Below are positions 57,646 to 64,000 of a stretch of DNA of 64,000 nucleotides, one piece after another. The notes under the pieces were generated by a model. That model searched no databases. It was not told the origin of the DNA and saw nothing but the letters and a program-made list of their open reading frames with translations. How positions within the stretch are numbered: the stretch's first letter is position 1; each line of letters opens with the position of its first letter. The stretch comes from the human T2T-CHM13v2.0 reference genome, Homo sapiens. Where the stretch lies: assembly GCF_009914755.1 (NCBI RefSeq), contig NC_060939.1, one strand, 5' to 3'. The translations under genes and the position numbers were made by a program.

Positions 57646-57869
57646 CAAGCTCACATTTTTGTAATAATAAAAGTAATTCTGATAAAGATGCCTTGAAATA
57701 ATGGATGTTCCAAAATGAATTTGCCTTATTTGGATTTGGAATGCAGTTTCATATTTATATTTTAAATTTGGATTCATCTGGTTACTGGAATTAAATATAC
57801 AATTAAAAGGATCACAAAGCGCACTGATACCAGAAAGGCACTTTAATAACACCAGGGTGCATGGCCTGC

Positions 57870-58440
57870 CTCCTCCTTTCACTTACTGCTTGTGTCATCC
57901 TGTTCAAGTCATTTAACCCCAAGTGGTAAGCCTCAATTTGCTCTCTTATGAAATGCACGAAGTCGCTGTCTCTCTATACTTCAGGATTACCGTGAGAATA
58001 GAACCGGAACCATGTATGTGGCAGCAGTTTATGAACTGTGAGATATTAGTCTAATCATTCTCAGAGTCCTCGCCTCGGCTGTTTGTATGCCCCTCCCAAG
58101 TTTTCAGGAATGGACAAAACTAGCCCCCTCTCAAATCATGTGTGCAACAACCGATTGCATATTTCCCCAAGGGAACATTTAGCGCTGGGGATGTCTCCGA
58201 AACTATGTTAGACATGAGAGTCAACAGAGATGGCAGTAAGTCTTGGTGAGAAGGGCCTGGAACTTAGAATCAAAAGAAGGAGGAGAGAAACATGGAGCAG
58301 TCACTCACCAGCTACGTGGCTTTGGGCAATTTGCTTATTGCGCAGAGCGTCGGTTTCCATATTGGTAAAATTAAGATGATATTTGAACTCAGCACTTCAT
58401 GTGGCTGTCGTGAGGATCCACTCTAGCAATGCAGGTAAAG
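57870..58440 (+). mobile_element. Two degenerate MIRs
   Basis: GTGTCATCCTGTTCAAGTCATTTAACC and ACGTGGCTTTGGGCAATTTGCTTA cores. Confidence 0.55.
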
Positions 58441-59779
58441 GTGCCATCACATAGATATCAATTATAAAAATAATATTAACAGGCATAATTGTAGTTAAAT
58501 TTCAATTCAGACATACTTTCTTTTGAATGTCTGGTAGGTCTGCTGTGTTGGTTGTATGTGGGTTTTCCTCCATATCCACTTTTTTGGACTTAATCTCACC
58601 ATTTTTTACATGTAAACATATCACAATATTAATAACATTAATTAATTGAAGGTTAATTATATAAACTAAGTGAAATAAATCTTTAACCAGAAATAAGAAA
58701 ATTTATTTGTATTTGAGTTACAGAACAATATCTGCTAAAAGGTTTAAATTAAATAATCTTTACTTATATGTTACTAAAATGTTTTGGAGGAAGCAAACTA
58801 AATTCTGCATGGCCAGGGAAATTATTTAAAAACCCTTTTAGTAAACTGAAAATAAAAAATTATCTCAAATCATAATTGACTTGATCAGAATAATTTTTTA
58901 AATGTTAATCTAAATTTTTTAAAATGTTAATCACAGATCATGACCTGTGATGAATTTTTTCTTTTCAGTTTGGGAACTAATATCTTCAAATTGTACTTGA
59001 ATTGACTTAGAAATTATAGAAAATGCACTGATATTAACTCTTGGGATTTCAAACATATTTTTAGGATTTTCATTTTTCCTTGCAATTTTACAGCTGACTC
59101 TGATTTTGCTCTTCTTTTATGATTTTCAAGTATTACCTACAGCAAGCATGTAAAAACATTGTCTTTCTTTAAGCACATATGGTGAAAATCATTCAAGCAG
59201 ATGGCTGTATACAGTCATTAGTAATAGAGGATTGAGTGTCAGCTCAGTTACTGCTGAAATGGAGTCCAGTTTAATAGCTCAAATGAGGACAAGAATTAAA
59301 TTGGAAATTGCAGACTGAAATATTCTGCATTTGATCATAAAGTGATTATAGGAAGGAAAGAACACAGTGTAACTGTCTATATTTTAAAAGGAGCCAGGCT
59401 CCTGATAGTTCTGTGCTATATCAGTTCATAATCAAAGTAAGCAATATAAATCCATTTTTAAAACACTAATGTGTCTTAGATTTTTTTTAAGGAAAAGGCC
59501 AATTTCTTGCAGGTGTACAGTGGCATTAAAATTCTATTTCCTGACGTTTATAATCCTGGTGCACTGGACTTGCAAAACAGAGTTTAGTTTTGCTTTGTTA
59601 GGGGAGAGGGTAATATTGTCTCTGTCCTGGTCCCTGTTCATTCTAGCCAGGTGTTCGGGTGTGTTTGATGACATCCTCTGCTGTTCCCAAGACCCACATT
59701 TAGTGGCTGCAATTTTATTTCTCACCATCAAGACTTCTAAGATGAGGCAAAGGTTGGGTTGCTCATGAGCTCCTCTTTG

Positions 59780-60240
59780 AATAACCATATTAGGTTCTAG
59801 CTGTGTAACTAGTACAGTTAGATCCTGGCGTGCCGTTAGAATAATGTAACATAGAACACAAGGGCTTATTTGGTGGAATAAAATATGGTGGAACACAGTG
59901 ATTAGAGCAAGTCACTTCGCCTCTTGAAGCCTCAATTTCCTCCTTTGCAAAGGAGTTAACAGTAGCACCTACAGGAGGACACTGTGAGCATTCATTGAAA
60001 CAATGCGTATGAGACGTGTAGTATAGAATATGCCTGACCTAGAGGGAGAGCAGAGACAGTACATACCTTCCTGGTCCCACCACTTGCTTGCTGCTGGATG
60101 TTGGGCAAATAACCTCTCTCTGCCTTGATTTTCCTAGTTCTAAAGTGGGATTAATAGTAACATTGTGTTCACTGATTTCCTACGAGGACGAAATGAACTA
60201 ATGTTTATAAAGCACTTAGTACAGGGCCAGCCCTTAGTGA
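59780..60240 (+). mobile_element. MIR cluster
   Basis: GAGCAAGTCACTTCGCCTCTTGAAGCCTCAATTTCCTC; GGGCAAATAACCTCTCTGCCTTG. Confidence 0.65.
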
Positions 60241-60754
60241 TATTATCATGAACGCACAGTCGTAAGCACACAAATGCATGTTATCATCAGTATCATCATA
60301 TATTTATTCAAAACAAATGAAGTGTTGTCAGTAAAATAAAAATTGTTGTATTAAGACATTGTGAAACTTAGAGACCTAAATGGGAATGTTACAACAAACT
60401 AAATATTCTGTTGGTACAAATATATTTTAAACAAACCAAGCTGGAAATATCCTTGTCATAAATTGACACTGGACAAAAAAAAAAGTATTCTGCCATGCTG
60501 AGCAATACTAAATCTAATTGTCTTTTTTACTTATAGTTTTAAATTTGTTTTTTTTTTCTTTTAGTTTTGTGCAAAGAATATTCCATTTTCAGTTCAGTAC
60601 GGTGAACTGTCAAGCAGGCATACTTAGAATTTTCTCATGGTATTTTGAAATTAGTTTGAACAGATTGGTTAACACATTGTTTTTTCCAATTTCAATTTTA
60701 ATAGGCAAAATATTATTTGCATTGGTAATAAATATTAGTCGTAACTTGAACATT

Positions 60755-60885
60755 TATTTCTTCTTTTTTAGAGATGGAGTCTCACTACATGGCTCAGGCT
60801 GGTCTCAAACTTCTGGCCTCGTGCGATTCTCCTGCCTCAGCCTTTCAGAGTGCTGGGATATGAGCGTGAGCCACTGTGCTCAGCC
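60755..60885 (-). mobile_element. Alu monomer (FLAM-like)
   Basis: Reverse left arm only. Confidence 0.82.
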
Positions 60886-61037
60886 AATATTATAACAAAC
60901 TAAACTAAACACTCTGTTAGTCTCCATTGCTCAGCCAATAACTTGAATATTTCTTTTTCCATTTCTAGGCTTTTTCTTCCTTTCATTATCATTCCTTTAA
61001 ATCATTTGGGCTGAATTAAGAAATGCCAAGAAACCAG

Positions 61038-61528
61038 TGTATTAGTTTTATAGGGCTGCCATGCCACAAACTTAGTGGCTTAAACAATAACAATTTTAAT
61101 ACCTTACAGCTCTGTAGATCACGAGGCCGACACAGGCCTCACTGGACTAAAAGCAAAACACCAACAGTGCTGTGTTTCCCCTGGAAGCTCTACGGGAAAA
61201 TTCATGTTCTTGTCTTTTCAGCTTCTAGAGGCTGACCCCTTTCCTTGGCTGCTGGGCGCCTTCTTCTAGTATCTGAGAGTCCTGTATTTCACACATCTCA
61301 TCACTATGATACTGACTTCTTACTTTTTGACTTTTAATGCTCCTTTCGGTTACATTAGGCCCATTCAATTAATCCAGGATAATCTCCCCATTCTACCATC
61401 AGTTGATCCACAGCATTAATGCCATTTACAACCTGAATTCCACTTGATCATGTAACTGAACATATTCATAGTTTCTAGGATTAGAATATGGACATCTTTG
61501 GGGAGGAGGCATTATTCTGTCCACCACA
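61038..61528 (-). mobile_element. MLT1 (C/D-like) LTR
   Basis: TGTATTAGTTTTATAGGGCTGCC...ATTATTCTGTCCACCACA; near-TSD ACCAG/GCCAG. Confidence 0.82.
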
Positions 61529-61719
61529 GCCAGCAATCATATTATCAGCCTGTGAAATCTCGTGTCTAACTGGGTCATTACAGTACCAATTATGTGATAA
61601 AAGTGATAAATTCCCCTTTGCCTACAAATGCTGAAGAACAGGGTAAAGATCATGGGTTTTCTATGCACAAGTTGAAGCAGACAATGCCAAAAGTATTTTA
61701 TATATCATCAAATCTTTAG

Positions 61720-62052
<333 letters not shown>

Positions 62053-64000
62053 TCGGGAAATTTTTAGCACTGGGAACAAAACTGAAAGAGTGGATTTTCA
62101 CATGGCCTTTAAGGAAATAAGCGTCCATTTGGTGTGAATACTTGATGTGGGTAAAGACCTCCTCATCCTTTCAAACAAGAAGCAGCCAAGTGTCAAGATT
62201 TATCAGCTTCTATGACAGCTGTATTTGTGGATGGCATCAAACACTCCCTGAAAGTTTTGCTAATATACTAGATCTTAAAGTTCAGTCATGAAGAATTTTA
62301 ATGTGTCATCAAATATTTGTTATATGTTATCATCCTCTAGGTCAACAATAGCAAAAAAGCAAAAAACCTAAACTCAGAATGAAATAGAATAAGTTTGACA
62401 AATTTGGTAATCTCTTCAACATTCTTATTTACATATTTACATTTTTGGCATTGTGATATTTAGCTCTTGCAGTTTGGCTTTTCTGATTGGGAATTGGAAG
62501 GTGGGATCAAAATGCAGCAATACAACTGAAGAACAAATTCTTACCTTCCAGGTGAGGACACAGAATACACTGGAGCATTGGTGGATTTGTTATTTAGTCT
62601 GTTACTGCAGAAGACCAAACCATAACACTAGAGCCAGATTATCATGAAAATCAAGAAAAAGCTAAAATATGTTTAAGGAAAATTCCATTTATTTGCTAAT
62701 GGCTGGACTGACTTAAAATCCATTAGCCTTTTCAAGGGCCAGGATCAATACTTTTGAAACTTTCAACTCTCTTGGGGCCCTGAAAACCCGTGGGCCATGA
62801 TGTAATGAATTGGCTGCATCAGCTTATTTTCAATATTCCTCTATTCAATCTCCTTGTCTTCATGTGATTCCTTTAGCTTTAAAAATATTAAAAGGTAATT
62901 TGAGATATTGGAAACAATATTCTCTTAAATCAAGTTGTGTATATCTCCAAACATTTTGATGTTTACTCATGAGAAGATGATGGGTGCCGATTTCTAAGTT
63001 GATAGCTACTCAACAATTTCTGAGCATAGCATCATCTTCCCGCTGAACTGTCAATAAATTCTACTTGGAAAATCAGTATTTCAATAGTGTATAGGACGTT
63101 TAGTGATGTGAGACACGCCTCTTGAGATTAAATGATAATATGTTCTAAACTGAAGAAGACCTCTGATCCCATTAGTTGAATTATAGTTATTTCCTAATCA
63201 GTTTGTATTTTATATTGTGATTATATAATTTAATTTATTAAAATGACTTGACAAAAACAAATTTGACTTCATAAACAATGTATAGAATACATTGTAATAT
63301 CTACTAAATGTTGATCACTAAAAAGTTCATGTCAAATTAGGAATGAGAAACACAATTCTAAATAGAAGGGTAAAAAAATGTGGACTCATTGCTTTAAAAA
63401 ATCTTTAAAAAAAAGAACTTGAAAGAGAAATGTATTTCCTTTATATAAAACAAAAAATGAAGTGAAACTTCAATCAATAGGCCCATTCTAAAAAAAACAA
63501 AAAAATCACTTGCTTTAGTCATAAGTGTGGCAAATGAATGTAAATTTCTACATATTTAATTGCAGTAAAATGTAAATATATACTGTTATGATTTTTTTTT
63601 TTTACAACTGTGCTCTAAGTTTCTTAATTAATGGAAAAATCTTGTGGTCTTAGTCTGAGAGATAGGGCAACTTTACTGAAAGTTTTTAACTCTTTATTTT
63701 GACTGTAACTGCAAAGCCCTAAGAACCCTTGCTCACCACACTTTATAGCACTGAAAAAAAGCTATATATGAGACAGTGTCATCCAAGGGGAAGAACTATG
63801 GCCTTGAGGTTAGGTTGGCAGGTTTTTATTTGCATGACCCTGGACGGAGATTGTAACCACTTTGATTCAGTTCCTTTGTTTAACAAGATAGAACTTAGAA
63901 AACTAATCTTTAAGAGAAGAAATAAAGAAACCAAGGTGAAAGTGCCTGGAGTGGTGTAATCACGCAATAAATGTTCATTTCTTTTTCCTTCAGTAGAATA

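Overview
Human (primate, Alu-rich) genomic DNA, recognisable from the encoded peptides as the MEF2A-LYSMD4 locus (15q26.3 from memory). 1-16.2 kb: 3' part of MEF2A (+), with the 24-nt beta microexon (SEEEELEL), two 127-nt exons, the last coding exon (SUMO motif IKSEPISP, (CAG)11/poly-Pro, stop at 12530) and a ~3.6 kb 3'UTR with no obvious transposon. 27.2-33.2 kb: the complete LYSMD4 gene (-), convergent with MEF2A. It has a non-coding exon 1 in a CpG-island promoter and two coding exons giving 296 aa (LysM domain plus TM helix). The rest is intergenic and dense in Alu, MIR, L1, L2, MaLR/ERV LTRs and DNA transposons, with a shift to AT-rich sequence near 55.8 kb. I see no convincing new gene or novel biological system. 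The best leads are: (1) a possible MEF2A intronic-polyadenylation isoform with a hydrophobic C-terminal tail; (2) the splicing code around the beta microexon; (3) a 47-bp x4 minisatellite in a nested LTR carrying PRDM9 13-mers and UPRE-like motifs; (4) candidate LYSMD4 poison/alternative exons that break the LysM domain; (5) an Alu tail positioned as the LYSMD4 poly(A) downstream element. Repeat family names and most repeat boundaries are by-eye recognition, not RepeatMasker output.
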